NCBI GenBank assembly: GCA_000934665.2 | Contig: JYFJ02000883.1 | Location: 1 to 64,000 of the forward strand | Direction of reading: 5' to 3' | DNA from: Catajapyx aquilonaris | Taxonomy: Eukaryota | DNA: 64,000 bases | Shown: positions 50,781 through 63,991 of the stretch, in pieces | Position numbering within the stretch: position 1 is the first letter of the stretch | How the letters are laid out: each line of letters starts with the position of its first letter | Notes under the pieces: model-generated | The model's database searches: none | Told to the model about the DNA's origin: nothing | The model's input: the letters and a program-made list of their open reading frames with translations, nothing else | Made by a program: the position numbers and the translations under genes

Positions 50781-52772
50781 ATGCAGCCAGCATCATCCAG
50801 AACATGGCTTTGGCTATTGGCCCTCCTTTGGCCAACAATCGTCTTGTGCTTCGGAAAGGAACACTGCGCCAACAATGATGTCGGAAGCTGCTTCCACACT
50901 GAACAGTAAGTTGTCACAACCTGTGTTTAATCATGCTGCTCATTAACTTTGAAATTTTCAGAATCACGCCTAAAGTCGAATCCGAATACTCTGAGAACTT
51001 CAAACCACCGACAGCTGTCCGCTTCGATCGTCGATTAGACTCTCGTCGAGTGCTGGCCGATCGTCGTACCGTCGATGACAGGAGACTGTCAGGAGACCGA
51101 CGAACTGTCGATGACAATCGGCGGGTGTCTCTCGAAAGACGTGAAGTTGACAGCAGCAGACGAATGGACACGAGAAGACTGACGATACAGAGACGTTCAG
51201 TTGACGACAGACGAATGTCGGCAGAACGACGATCAGTCGACGACCGACGGTTGTCTACCCGATCAATTGACGACAGACGAGTAGATGCACGAATGTCAGC
51301 AGAACGACGATCAGATACTCAGCGACTAAGCGAACGTCGATCTATCGGTGTCAGAGAAGAATCTCGACGCGTCACAGCACGTGACGTTGACAGCAGACGA
51401 ATGATGTCCAATGAGCGACGACAAGTTGACGACAGACGCCTTGAGACTCGACGATTGTCAGCAGAACGACGTGATTATGAGAGCAGCAGGCGATTGGCTG
51501 AACGTCGTTTGGTTGACGGCAGACGTGAAGACACTCGACGGGTGACAGCCGATCGACGTTCTGTTGACGACAGACGAGCAGATGCCAGACGTGAAGACAC
51601 TCGACGAGTATCGGCCGAACGACGATCTGTCGATGATAGGCGAGCAGATATGAGGTCGGCTGAACGACGTTCACTAGACCGACGTGCAGAAACACGACGA
51701 TTGACATCCGAGAGACGAGCCATTGACCAAAGACGTGAAGACACTCGACGTGTATCAGCCGAACGACGATCTGTTGACGACAGGAGAGAAGACGCACGAT
51801 TGACAGAACGACGAGCTGAAACTCGACGACTGACAGCAGAGAGACGATCCGTCGACGACAGACGAGAAGTAGTAAGGTCAGCAGAAAGGCACTCACTCGA
51901 TCGACGTGAGGACACACGACGAGTATCAGCTGAACGACGTGCACTTGAGAAACGAGCGGAAACTCGACGACTGACAGCTGAACGACGATCTGTTGACGAC
52001 AGACGAGCAGATGCCAGAAGGGAAGACACTCGACGAGTATCTGCTGAACGCAGGTCTGTTGACGACAGACGAGCAGATATGAGGTCGGCTGAACGACGTT
52101 CACTAGACCGACGTGCTGAAACTCGACGACTAACGGTTGACCAAAGACGTGAGGACACACGACGTGTGACTGCCGAACGACATGATACAACCGATCGTCG
52201 TGAAGACACTCGACGACTTGAGAGCAGACGTCTGGACAGTCGCCGTCGTACAGGAGACACACGCATATCACGCATCGCCAATGACGTATCAACCCAGACC
52301 AGACTCGACAACAACCGACACGCATCACGTCGCACGGAAGAAACGCGTGCGGTCGCACGACACACCGAGAGCACAAGACTGGAAGCCAAATCACATCGGA
52401 CTGACTGGGATTCAATCAGAACCGTCGATGGAGACATGACCCAAATTATTGATTCAATGAAGAAATTGCCCGTAAGTAATAATTGCACAAGGCTTAAAAT
52501 ATTGTTAATTTATATAATTTGACCAAAGCGAACAATAACAACAATGAAACATTTTCTAGCTGATGACCACAATGTACGATACTCCTCTCAACAATCTGAT
52601 GGATAAGGTTCCTCAAGAGTAAGTGTATTCGCAATAATTCGGTTTGTGCAAATTTAACACCAATTTTTCCAACTTTTTTTAAAGCAAATCCTGGGCCAAC
52701 TTCTTCGCCAGCAGCTTATGCGGAGGGGTAGCAATATACATGATGGTTTCGAGAAATTCCAAGACTCTGTGA
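50781..52772 (+). CDS. Uncharacterised signal-peptide protein (~593 aa) with a long Arg-Arg/Asp/Glu repeat domain and a short hydrophobic C-terminal segment
   Basis: Exons 50781-50905, 50962-52471, 52560-52618 and 52685-52772 join in frame (1782 nt) at GT-AG sites. N-terminus is MQPASSRTWLWLLALLWPTIVLCFG and C-terminus is WANFFASSLCGGVAIYMMVSRNSKTL-stop. Confidence 0.75.
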
Positions 52773-53234
52773 TGTGTCTGACTCAAATCTATTCGTTGTC
52801 TCATGTACTAGTTATAGTGTAGCCTTGATCAGAATTATGAAAATTATTTTTCTAACCAAAATTTAACTTTGGAAACTCGAATAATTGGCAATGATGAGTG
52901 GCATATAGTGATTCCCCAATGTTAGCTATAGTTTAGTGGATATTATAATAATTATTGGATGTCACTTCCTGCCGGGGATGGGCAGATGAAGTCTTAACCG
53001 TACATTCCTCAATGTGATGTGTAGGCTAATTATTTTTAAAAAAAGGCTTACTTCAAGGCGCACTGTGATCTCTGTAATTTAATGTCATAAGCACAGTTGA
53101 AAATAAAATTATTATGTTGTCAATCATACAACAGGAGGTTATACACATTATTTTATCATCCCGTGGTATGCAATATTAACAATGAATCATTTTTCTAGCT
53201 TGTTCTCTCATTAATTCATATTACACTAATTACA

Positions 53235-53902
53235 GTAAGAATTGGATCACATTTTCTCGCCAACAATTGAACCCAACCAGCTGTGCCTTAAGCCAGCCCG
53301 GTTTCGGGTGACGAGCAACAATTCTCCTTTTCTTTTCAGGTTTGTCTTTTGATTTGGTTTTTTTGGCGGGGTGGTACGAGACCGCCCCTTTCCTACAAAA
53401 ATTATTCTGTCCAATTATTTCTACAATAATGGTCAGAAGAAGATGTCAGATCACTCAGATGTGATATCCACGAAATAAGAGACCTGATCAGTGATCATGT
53501 AAGAGCATAACAAAGATAGAAGCAATGACTTTGGGTTTTGGCATGCCAGTGTCATTTACTACCTGATTAAACGTGGGTTTTGGTCATTGTTCCTTAATCA
53601 ATAATGTTACTGAAAACATTCCAGTAAGAAATTACACCATAATTACTTGCAATGGTGGTGATTTAATTGCTTTTATGCTGTAAAAAGGGGAGTCTGCATG
53701 TGCTGGCGCCATCTCTGGGTCCATGTCTGAACAAAGAAAATATTGCCGCCACCTTTGATTACACCAGACGCAATAAAGCGATAAATTTATTGTTTTTTGG
53801 TTGTTTTTTAAATAGAAAGATTGGCTAGTAAACTTTCTTACAACAGCTTAAAAAAGTATTGAAGACTGTAAATTGCTAGGTTACTTAGATTGAGTATCAT
53901 AC
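53235..53902 (+). repeat. ~650-bp dispersed repeat, copy 1
   Basis: Long near-identical alignment with 55475-56115, e.g. ATCACATTTTCTCGCCAACAATTGAACCCAACCAG and GGGGAGTCTGCATGTGCTGGCGCCATCTCTGGGTCCATGTCTGAAC. Confidence 0.92.
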
Positions 53903-55195
53903 CAAGAAGTTTGGATTTTTTTAAGCCCGTTTTTTGGGGGGCAGAGGTGGCAATTTTGAGCTGTCAAATTGCAAGCACTAATTTTTTCGGCAGTTTGTCA
54001 GGAACTAATCAAGGTACAAGATGAGCTCGGTCTCCATTTATACTCGGAAGAGCTTCTAGAGCAGTGCTTCGCAATTTCTTTCGTTGGCGACCCCAAAAAA
54101 TTGCCTTGCTGCGATTCGGGATGGGAACTTTTGGTGATCATGTGTAACTTATTATTATTACTAGCAGTGGAACCCGTTCTTCGCACGGCCTGTTTCTATG
54201 GTAATCACAAACAAAAGTCTGTTGCCATAGCAAACGATTTTTTTTGCCTTATACATACGTAGATTATCAAACAACATCATGTCAGTCAACATACACAGAA
54301 GTGATCGAAAGCGGAGGGATAATTGGACAGTGGTATGCAATAATGGATCAACCCCTAAAAATGTCAAAATTGACGAGTTAACCCCAGGAACATACACCCA
54401 AAGGATAGCACTGGTTGACTGCTGGTACTTCATTCAGTTAAAATCAAGGTGGCGAAATCTGCATACTTCTGTCACAAATGACCGAAAAGAACACTGAATT
54501 ATTTTCACAGGTATGACCTGCAAGGCCCTTTTCTCAAAACTGGTCTCGCGTGGGTTGACGCATTATTGCATAACACCGTCCAATTTTCAAATACAGTAGG
54601 TACCTGTTTTACACCACTCCATTTTACGCCGTGTTACGTCAACGCCGGTTTGAAAATGACATCATAAAATCTTTAAATTGAAAAATTGTGACAAATATGA
54701 CGATAACAATACACAATCTGAACATACACTTCAACACTTCCGAGTCCAAATGCACCACCATAAAATAATGCTATTTTTTGTCTTTCGTGCTGGTGCCTTG
54801 TGGCGGGTTCTATCGATAAATACAGTACTGTATTGTTGGTCTCATTGTAACCCTCCGAAGTCTGTTAAAAACCCTACGTCTACTGCAGTTCTTGCCAAAA
54901 GGAGGGAAAACAGGCATCAGAACCAGATGACCCTTAACCTGCAACCTCCCATTTTAAAACGCGCATTATAAATGTTTGATATAGTCGGAATTAAAAACAA
55001 CGATTTAAGCACTGTATCAGGGAAATTTTTGGAAATCTTGGAATCTACCGTATCTCATTTACTTCCATTATAATTTTGTCTCGTTTCCCCCCTTTTCATT
55101 TTACGCCGCGTTTGCGGGAACCAATTACCGGCGTAAAGCGGGTACTACGTGTATCCTTATATGGGGAGCCTTGGGTGACTAGTATAAAAGTGCTT

Positions 55196-55370
55196 TTTTT
55201 CATACCTTGGAGTGGGCTACCAATACACCGAATATCAAGAGAATCGGTGAGGTTTGACCTCTGCCCCCCTCCAATATGGGTCACAGGGTCATTTTGATCA
55301 GGTATAAATTATAGATGCGTTTTTCATCCCTTGGGGTGGGCTACCAATGCACCGAATTTCAAGAAAATCG
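55196..55370 (+). repeat. Two spaced copies of a ~51-bp unit (55196-55246 and 55320-55370)
   Basis: TTTTTCATACCTTGGAGTGGGCTACCAATACACCGAATATCAAGAGAATCG versus TTTTTCATCCCTTGGGGTGGGCTACCAATGCACCGAATTTCAAGAAAATCG. Confidence 0.8.
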
Positions 55371-55474
55371 AAAAAATGTCCCAAGATGTCAGGGCAAAAT
55401 CTCAAGACATCATATGAAGTCCGTAGTCGTCAGAGGTTAATTTAGTGGCGTAGAAATATATTGCACACTTTGTT

Positions 55475-56115
55475 GTAAGAATTGTATCACATTTTCTCGC
55501 CAACAATTGAACCCAACCAGCCTTGGCCTACGCCAGGCCGGTTTTGGGTGACGAGCAACAATGCTCATTTTTTTTCGGGTTTGTCTTTTGATTTGGTTTT
55601 TTGGCGGGGTGGTACGAGACCGCCCCTTTCCTACAAAAATTATCCTGACCAGTTTGCATTCATAACAAATGGTCAGAAGATGATGTCATATGTGAAATGC
55701 ACGAAATAACAGACCTGATCATGTAAGAGCATAACCAAGATAGAAGCAATGACTTTGGGTTTTGGCATGCCCATGTCATTTACTACCTGATGAAACGTGG
55801 GTTTTGGTCATTGTTCCTTAATCAGTAATGTTACTGAAAACATTCCAGTAAGAAATTATACCATAATTACTTAGACTGGTGGTGATTAATTGCTTTTATG
55901 TTGTAAAAAGGGGAGTCTGCATGTGCTGGCGCCATCTCTGGGTCCATGTCTGAACAAAGAAAATATTGCCGCCACCTTTGATTACACCAGACGCAATGAA
56001 GCGATAAATTGTACTGTTTCATAGAAAGATTGACTAGTAAACTTTCTTACAACAGCCCAAAAAAGTAGGTTTTGAAGACTGTAAATTGCTAGGTTACTTA
56101 TATTGAGTATCATAC
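55475..56115 (+). repeat. ~650-bp dispersed repeat, copy 2
   Basis: Direct-orientation duplicate of 53235-53902 with small indels. Confidence 0.92.
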
Positions 56116-57035
56116 GGCGACCCCAAGAAATTGTCTTGTAAAATTTTCGACACATTTCGATCTGAGCGGCCATTCCAGGTGAGATCAGATTAAATAAAAT
56201 CAGATGTCCACCCAACATTTTTCTAAAATTTTGAAATTTGGCATACAGAAACGCGCAGAAACGTTATGTTCACATGTGAGTGTGTGGATTTTTTCGATCC
56301 GCTAGCATCCATAGTTAACGAGCAATGACCTGGTGAAAATTTGCATGCGCTAAAATTTGATCATCACGTCAACATCTATACACTGCTTTTACAGCTCGTT
56401 TACACTTGCATAGTATAGATGTTACCAAATATTTATCTTGATTGGAACTACCTTTCGGCTCATACGAGTCACGTCAAGACGATTCTCATATTACTACTGA
56501 ACGATTTTGGTCCTTTCAGAAGCACAAAAAATACTCCGCAAGAAACAAACGTAGCATTTGCCTAATAACATCCTTCCTGATCTGCACCCTTTGGTTATGT
56601 AATGATAAGTTAGTCCCGCACACGACTAGCTCTGTGTATGAGTTCAGAGTGCTCCTCCCCTTCCTGTGATGGTAAAGTCGTCCAATTATCAAAATAATTA
56701 TGAGAATTTAAAAATTTGAGCACAAAAATTCAGATTTTTGATCAGGTTCTTTTGGACAGATTGCAGTAGGGTAGCAATATGAATTATCGTATTATGATCA
56801 TGCCAATTCTGATCAAATGTTTGCCATTCAACCATTCAACTTACAGTTAGGAGCACTGCAACTCATCTCGGGTGCTGGACAATTCACACACACTCAACCA
56901 CGGTAAAAATTTGGTTTATTGGCGGTAAAAAAATAGTTCAGCAAAAAAAAATATTGTGCATTTAAATCTGCAAGTCATATCTCTCTCTCTCTTTTTTTTT
57001 TACATCCACATGAACGAATACGTCTTCACAATCTC

Positions 57036-59735
57036 TCATATTTGAACTAGCTCTTGAATCGTGCCAATGATTGCATCCAACTTCAGCCTGTATGCTGCGA
57101 GCTCTCTGGTTTTCTGATGAACTGCCTCCTCCATCTCCTGGTTTGGACCTTTGCTCCCTCGATTGTGGAACGCCCGCACCAGCAACTGCAGCTGCTCTTC
57201 CCTGAACATAAACCTGGAATCCAGATTATCCAAGTGTTCCTGGATTTTCTCCACCGCTTTGGCACCCTGGAAAAAGGATAGTCGCATTCCAATGACACTG
57301 TGTGCGGAGGCCAAACCAGCTGAACTTACTGGAGTCATCAGTCGCTTCAAATCCTGCACCCTTTTTCTCAGATCTGCATTTGCTTTGTGTAACATCTGGT
57401 TTTCCCCTTTCACAGTCCGAGCCTTTTCTCTTCGCGCTTCAATTCTGAAAAGGGTGGCATAGTTCTTGTAGACATGGTAGCATAATGGTAATTAAGGGCT
57501 GCACACATCAGTACCATAGCTCCAAAATTCTGCTTCTAACAGCCTGAGAAACGAGACCTCCAACAAGAAGTGTCTCCTGAAACAGGCGCAGGACAATAAG
57601 CTTACCCACGAAGCTTCTTCTCAAGCGCAGCAAGTTCTTCCTTGTACTTTTCCAAGGTATCCTCCAACTCTGCTGTCCTGGTGGCTGAGAACCTAGCCGC
57701 ATACTCTGCCTTCAGTTTCAGCAATTCACTTTCGTACTTCTCTTGGAGGGACGTCCCGTACTTCAGGTCCACCCAAAAGAGGGAGAAAAAGTGATCAACA
57801 CTCGTAAAAACACCTAGGATATTTCACTTAAAAAGGAAGGAAACGCAAAATGATACCTTCTTGGCAGCAATCTCGCCAATGGTCTTCTTCTCTTCCTCAA
57901 GGCGAGCTATTCTGTCGTAATGTTGGTCCTTCATGAGCTGCATCTTGCCTGCCAACACCTTCAGCTGGTGCTGCAGGGCAGCCACCTTCTCGTCTGTGGT
58001 TCCCAGTCCGTCAATCTTGGTCATGTCTGCAATTTTCATATTGGACCGATGAGAACTACTTATAAAAAACGACTTGCAACTACAGCTGTAGCTTCAGAAC
58101 CCAAGCGCTGGCATCACAATGGCAGTATAATGGCTTTCAACAATTTACTAATGAGTAAAGGGTAGCGATGAAGACTGTACTTCCAGTAGATATTAGAGTA
58201 GGCTGTTACTGCCTTTAAAAAAAAAAAATCCTGACCTTTGACTATCTCCTGCAGCCTGGTGTGCTCCTTCTGCAGCTTGTTGTGAGACTTCTTGATCACT
58301 TCCAGCTCCTTCTTGAGCAGGTGAATCTCTTTTTCCTTGCTGAGGATGTCCTGCTTCTGCTTTCGGATGGTGCTGAGGAGGGATGGGTCCGCTCTGCTCT
58401 TGGGCAGCCCAGGCAGCGGTCCTGCCTTCCTTACCAGGCATCCAGCACTCCCAGACTTGGAGTGATGCTTCGACAACCGTGTGGGAGATGGACATGGCGA
58501 AGGCGTTGGGGCAGGAGAAGGTATCTGAGTTTCCTTGGCGAAACTAGTGACATCCATAACCTTGCCCTCCCTCTTTTCCTGCAAGATATTTTTTAAATGG
58601 TTTTGACAAAATGTGTGAAACGTCTGGTTGCATCATCGGCAGTTATCTCCTGAGCATGCAGTTTTCGGAGCTGCTTAATCAAAAGTGAAGCCTATCTTCC
58701 TTCACAGCATCGCCAACCTATGCAAGAATACAGACCTTGTATCTCTGAAACTCCTCCTGCAGGTCTCTGTACTGCTCTTTGGTCTTATCGTCATGTTCGT
58801 CCAGCATGTTCTCCAGCTCCCGGACTCGGGACTCCAGGTACATGGTCCTGCTGGACTTGAACTTGTTGCTGGAATCCGAAGACTCAGTCCCATAAATGAT
58901 GGGACCGTCTGGCGTCCTCTTGCACAGCTCCGACTCCAGTTTCTTCACCTTGCTCTGCAGGAACTCCACCTTCTTGTTGTATTCGGCCAGCTGGCTGTAG
59001 CTGCCTGTCCCGCTGCCCAACCTAGAGCTGGTGGGCGTCTTCTTCTTGAGATTCCGAATCTCCACCTCCTTCAGCTTGGCATCCTGGCGCAGCTTGTTGA
59101 CCTCCACGTTGAGGTCACTGTTGATCTTGGTCCAGTGGTCCCTGCTGCTGTTCAACTCACGGCGGGTGGTCTCGATGAGCTTGTCCTTCTCCCTCAGCAT
59201 GCATCGCAGTTTTCCTTCACTCCCCTGCAGGAGAGAGGTGCCCACATTCCATCAGTAAGTCATGCAGCAGTCACTCAGTGAGACTTGGTAAATTCAAGGT
59301 CAATGTACCAGATCGCACCTAACATCAGTAACAGAAATTGTTGGATTTCTCAGCGGGAGAAAACCGTTCCTACCAATACGAATTCATTCCCACACGTACC
59401 ATGCGAAGTCCGTCCAGAACCGCCTTGGTTTCGGAGAGCTCCTTGTTCCTCTCCCCAAGAACTTCCTTATGTCTGCTGACAGTTTGCTTCTCTTGGTCCA
59501 GGGCTTCCATGAGAGTGCCAACCTTCTCTTCCAACCTTACTATGGACGCTTTGAATTCGTCAGAAGCTTCGTTCTTCATGCTGAGTTGGCTCTGGAGGCA
59601 CCTTATCAGGGAGTCGCTCTCTGAGACGGAGGTGGGTAGAAATTGCTTCACCCCTGGTTGGGTTCGGATAGTTAGAGAACGCTTGTAGGCTGCTCTCTCC
59701 TTGAAGAGTAGCTCATCTTTCATCTTTACTTCCTC
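57036..59735 (-). CDS. CEP162: Coiled-coil centrosomal protein, CEP162 (QN1/KIAA1009)-like; 5' end uncertain
   Basis: About 7 coiled-coil exons. YLESRVRELENMLDEHDDKTKEQYRDLQEEFQRYK and the C-terminal TP..K..IQEHLDNLDSRFMFREEQLQ...KTRELAAYRLKLDAIIGTIQEL match my recollection of conserved CEP162 blocks. AATAAA on the minus strand at 56915-56920. Confidence 0.7.
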
Positions 59736-60191
59736 CTGAAAAGTGCAAAATTTTTAAAATCGACATCCTTCAACTGGACAATAAGTGGCGTTGTACTGAG
59801 TTAATGTTTCACCTGCACGATGGGAGTTTAAAAAAACAACAACTTGTAAACCATCAAGTCTGCATGTGCATTCCACACTGCATAAATCATTTCCCATGCA
59901 CAAAATGGATATACTGCAGAGGGGCTTCATTCGTTAAGTTACTCACGACATTTTTGTCATTTCAACCCTCAGGTGCATAACAAGCTCCGCACAAGGCCAA
60001 TGCCACATGAGGCAAACAATCTGGCTATCCAGTTGGGGAGTTTTTTAAAGAAAGGTTCACAAAAACAGCCTGACAAGGACAAGCAGGGTCATCAGCAGAT
60101 GGCCAGGAGGCGAATATGCAAATGGGGACTGGAGGAGGACCCTCGCATATAAGGGCCTCCCAGCCCGGTCTTTGAACCAGACGCGGCCAGG

Positions 60192-63100
60192 ATGACACCT
60201 TGGAATCCCCTCATATTCCTCCCCTTCCTCCTGCTGGTGTCCTGCACGCCCGTGGAAGAGACCACAACTCTTGGTCCCGAGGAGGGAAAAGAGACGTACG
60301 AGGGCTTCCAACTGTTCCGAGTGCAGCCTTCGACTCCAAGGGAGGCCCAGGCCCTCAACTCCCTGACAAGGATCGAGGGACTAGACTTTTGGGGCGGGAC
60401 AGTGAGGGCCAACACCTCTAGCGAGGTACTGGTGGCCCCGAAAGTGCTGCAGGATTTCATCTCCCTACTGGAATCGCAGGGGATCGAGAAGGAGGTCCTA
60501 ATAAACGACCTGCAGGTAATCCCACATGCATGCATCTAATGTAAAAGCTAGCCATAAGACTAAATTACATAGTACTAAATAGTACTTTCAACAGTGTACG
60601 GCTCTGAGACGTAACTTGGATGGGAACAGACAGTTGCAATTGGCTTGTGATGGCATGCTTTGCTATTATTTTGTAATCGAATAAGATTTAAACTGAAGCA
60701 TAATTCTGATTAATGAGACGGTTTTTGGTAAAAGTAGTTAGATTAGTTTCACGTGCATGTGGCCTAATTAAGAAACCTTAATGACCACGTTCAGTAGCAC
60801 GACTTGAACGCACTAATTGAGATGATCATTAACGATAGAGAAAATGAGGGTTTAACAGGAAAGCAGCAGACGCAAAAGGGAATTAGTTGTGTTAATGCCA
60901 AGATCCCCGTGAATTACGGCTCTTCTCAACATCCTTGGAGAGTGACCTTGGCGGCCTGTGCCAAGCTTATTAGCAACAGAGAACTCCTGACTGTTGGAGA
61001 AACATTTCCGACTGCAATGGCTCCAGGTTTTCAATAGGCCTGGCACTTCCCGTGGACATGAGAATGGGGCATTAATTAAGGAATGGGCATAAGTGCACCA
61101 TCTTTGCCGTGTAAATTTCTAATTTCAGCCAAACAAACCTGACACCATGCAAATTTTCCACGGTTATATGCCCTGCAATAGTCCACAACTTAACATTTTG
61201 AAATCAAGGTTAAGATATGAGATCATTCGGTTTCTTGATAAACAAAGGCAATTTTCGGTGCCTACAATTCAACGCTTACGGCAGTGATGTCATTACCACG
61301 TAGCTCTGTACTTGGTGAAACGCTTTCTGATGTGAAATATGATACTCTCATGAATCCTCAGGTGGCAAACAATGTGTATGTACCGTAGTATTGTTGAAGA
61401 ATTATGTAAGTTACACTAATATTATTCCATGATATCATGAGCACTACTGCCCTACCTTCATTTGCAATAGCGTAACAGAAACTATGAATACTACCACTGG
61501 TGAGGCAACCAAGTCCAAGCCATTACGCCCCACAATCCAGTTAAGAAATGCGACATTACGTAAAAGCAAGACCCTTAACTGTAAATGCATGTCATCGCCC
61601 AATGTCAAGATCAACCACATTCGGCGAACAGGTACGGGCAGGGTCAACGATCCAATCGGTTAAAAAAGGACACGAAGGCAATACAAACAAAAAAAAAGCG
61701 ATACCCACAGAAGGGATGCAGGGAATCCCATATGCAATGTGTCTCTCTCCACTCTCTGTGTGATCAGTATCCAAACAGGTTATATATTTTTTTTTGCGTC
61801 CATCCTAAAGACAATATGCAAATGAGGGGTGAGGCAGGATACTTGACTAGTTGAGGGAGGGAGGAGTTCAAAAAACCAAGGTGGAATGTGCAGGACAATC
61901 ACCTCAACTCATCACTTTCCCTTGACACCAGGATGCCATTGACAACGAGAACCCCATTGGGAATGGCGAGGAAGAGGATGCGCTGGAGTCAAGGCAGGGG
62001 CACAGGATGACATGGACTGGATACCACAAATATGACAGTACGTCTTCATGTTGTAACAATGCGCATCCAGACCTGATTTAACTTTCCATCGCAATCCGCA
62101 GCCATCACGGGCTACCTTCGCTACCTGGAAAGCGCCTACCCTGATCTCTGCTCTGTGATAACCATCGGGAAGTCCTACGAGGGTCGGCCTCTCAACGTAC
62201 TCAAGGTTTCCAAAGGAGGTGTCCCCAAGCAAGCCATGTGGATTGACGGAAGTCAGTTGGGTTACAGTCAACTTCACATTTCTGCCCGCCAATCATTCGC
62301 TTTTCAAATCTAGACTGCTGTCACTATTTTTGCCAAATTAATAATCAGGCCACAATAACAATGTTGTCAGAGATGTCAGCCCAACCTATTAAAACATCTC
62401 GCTATCACTGATAGTCCGGATAATTTGAATTAAGCGACTCCAAATTGAGACTTTACACTCGTTCCTCTTCAAGCCATGCACGCCAGAGAGTGGATCACTG
62501 CAGCTACAGTCACCTACATCATCAACCAGTTGCTCTCCCAGAGCCGGTCACACCCTGAGCTTCTGGACCAGATGGACTGGTACTTCCTGCCAGTGGTCAA
62601 CCCCGACGGATATGAGTACAGCCACACGTATGGACCGTAATTAATTACTATGTAACTTCCTCTACCATTTCTTAAGAATGAGAAACTTTGCACAGTGCAA
62701 CATCCTTCATGGCCACTATTTTCCATACAGTAGTACAATAATAATATTCCCAGGGTCAGCACAATAATTTTAAAGGTTTATTATGCATGCATGTGATGGC
62801 TGTTTTTCATAAGACAACTGATGCTTCGTAAACACCATGGTAATGATCATTCAGTGCCTCTGAGGCACTCAGATGGCCATATCAGCAGTATTTTTGTTTA
62901 CTGGAAGTGTCGCAGGACCAGACAAATTAAACAAAGACGATGATAACAATAACAATCGTCAACAACACAATTTGTTGGAGCCACTCTAGTTGTGGGTAAT
63001 TACTACAAGCATATATTATCATGTTTCCTCTGAGACACTGAATTTTCCACCTATGAGATTTCCCAACCAAACCCAACAGTAAGAATCATGTAGGGCATTG

Positions 63101-63991
63101 TTGTGGTAATCACATTGTTATCACTAGTAACAAGACTGAATCATGGTTAAGAATTGAATCCAGCTGCAGGAGCGTTCAGATTTTCTTTGAATTTCACTGG
63201 CTTGATTGTCCGTCTGTAACTGTACAGTCCCTTTGTAAGACTTGCATTACTGTAAGCAATCCCATGCACTGTAAACCATCAATCACAGTTAAGCTTAATC
63301 GCCTGACACTTTTCTCTCCTCCAGCCGCCGCCGCCTGTGGCGCAAGAACCGATCGAAGCACAAGAGCAGCCCGTTTGGCTTCCTGGATTGCTCCGGAGTG
63401 GACCTGAACCGCAACTGGGACATGCAATGGATGGTGATCGGCGCCTCGCAAGATCCCTGCTCAGACATCTACGCAGGACCCAGGCCATTCTCGGAACCAG
63501 AGACCAAGGCCACCTCCGAGTACATCGCCCAGAACGCCAACCAGATCAAGGTGTACGTCTCCCTGCACTCATACTCCCAATACATATTCGTGCCGTGGGG
63601 ATACACCAAGGAGCGGCCGAGGGACCACCCGGACATCTACGCCCTAGGGCTCAAAGCGCAGCAGGCACTTGAGAGGGTGCATGGTACCAAATATGTGGTT
63701 GGAAGTGCACCTGAGCTACTCTACTCAACAGGAGGTATTAGCATATTAAAAAAAAAGCACTGTGGGATAAAAGCAATGCCTTAAAACAATCCCCCCTTTT
63801 CAGGTGCGGCTGATGACTGGGTGAAGGCCAAGGCTGGCATCAAGTACACATTTACATACGAGCTGCGAGACAAGGGTCGCCACGGGTTCATCCTCCCCGC
63901 TAGCCAGATTGAGGCCACCGGGCAGGAGACCTGGGCTTCCATCAAGGCCATGGCAGACGAACTAGTCGCCAAGAGACTGAAGTTTGATTAG
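60192..63991 (+). CDS. Zinc carboxypeptidase M14A, carboxypeptidase B-like preproenzyme, complete
   Basis: Signal peptide and propeptide in exon 60192-60515. Then [35 protein letters not shown] (H69/E72), [32 protein letters not shown] (H196), GAADDW (Asp255, basic-residue specificity) and YELRD (E270). TAG at 63989-63991. Confidence 0.93.

Noticed and set aside
51372..52488. Long antisense ORFs (347 and 337 aa) over the RR-repeat exon
   Set aside because: By-product of the CGA/GAC/AGA-rich repeat lacking antisense stops. The silent-site pattern, signal peptide and splice sites support the plus frame only.
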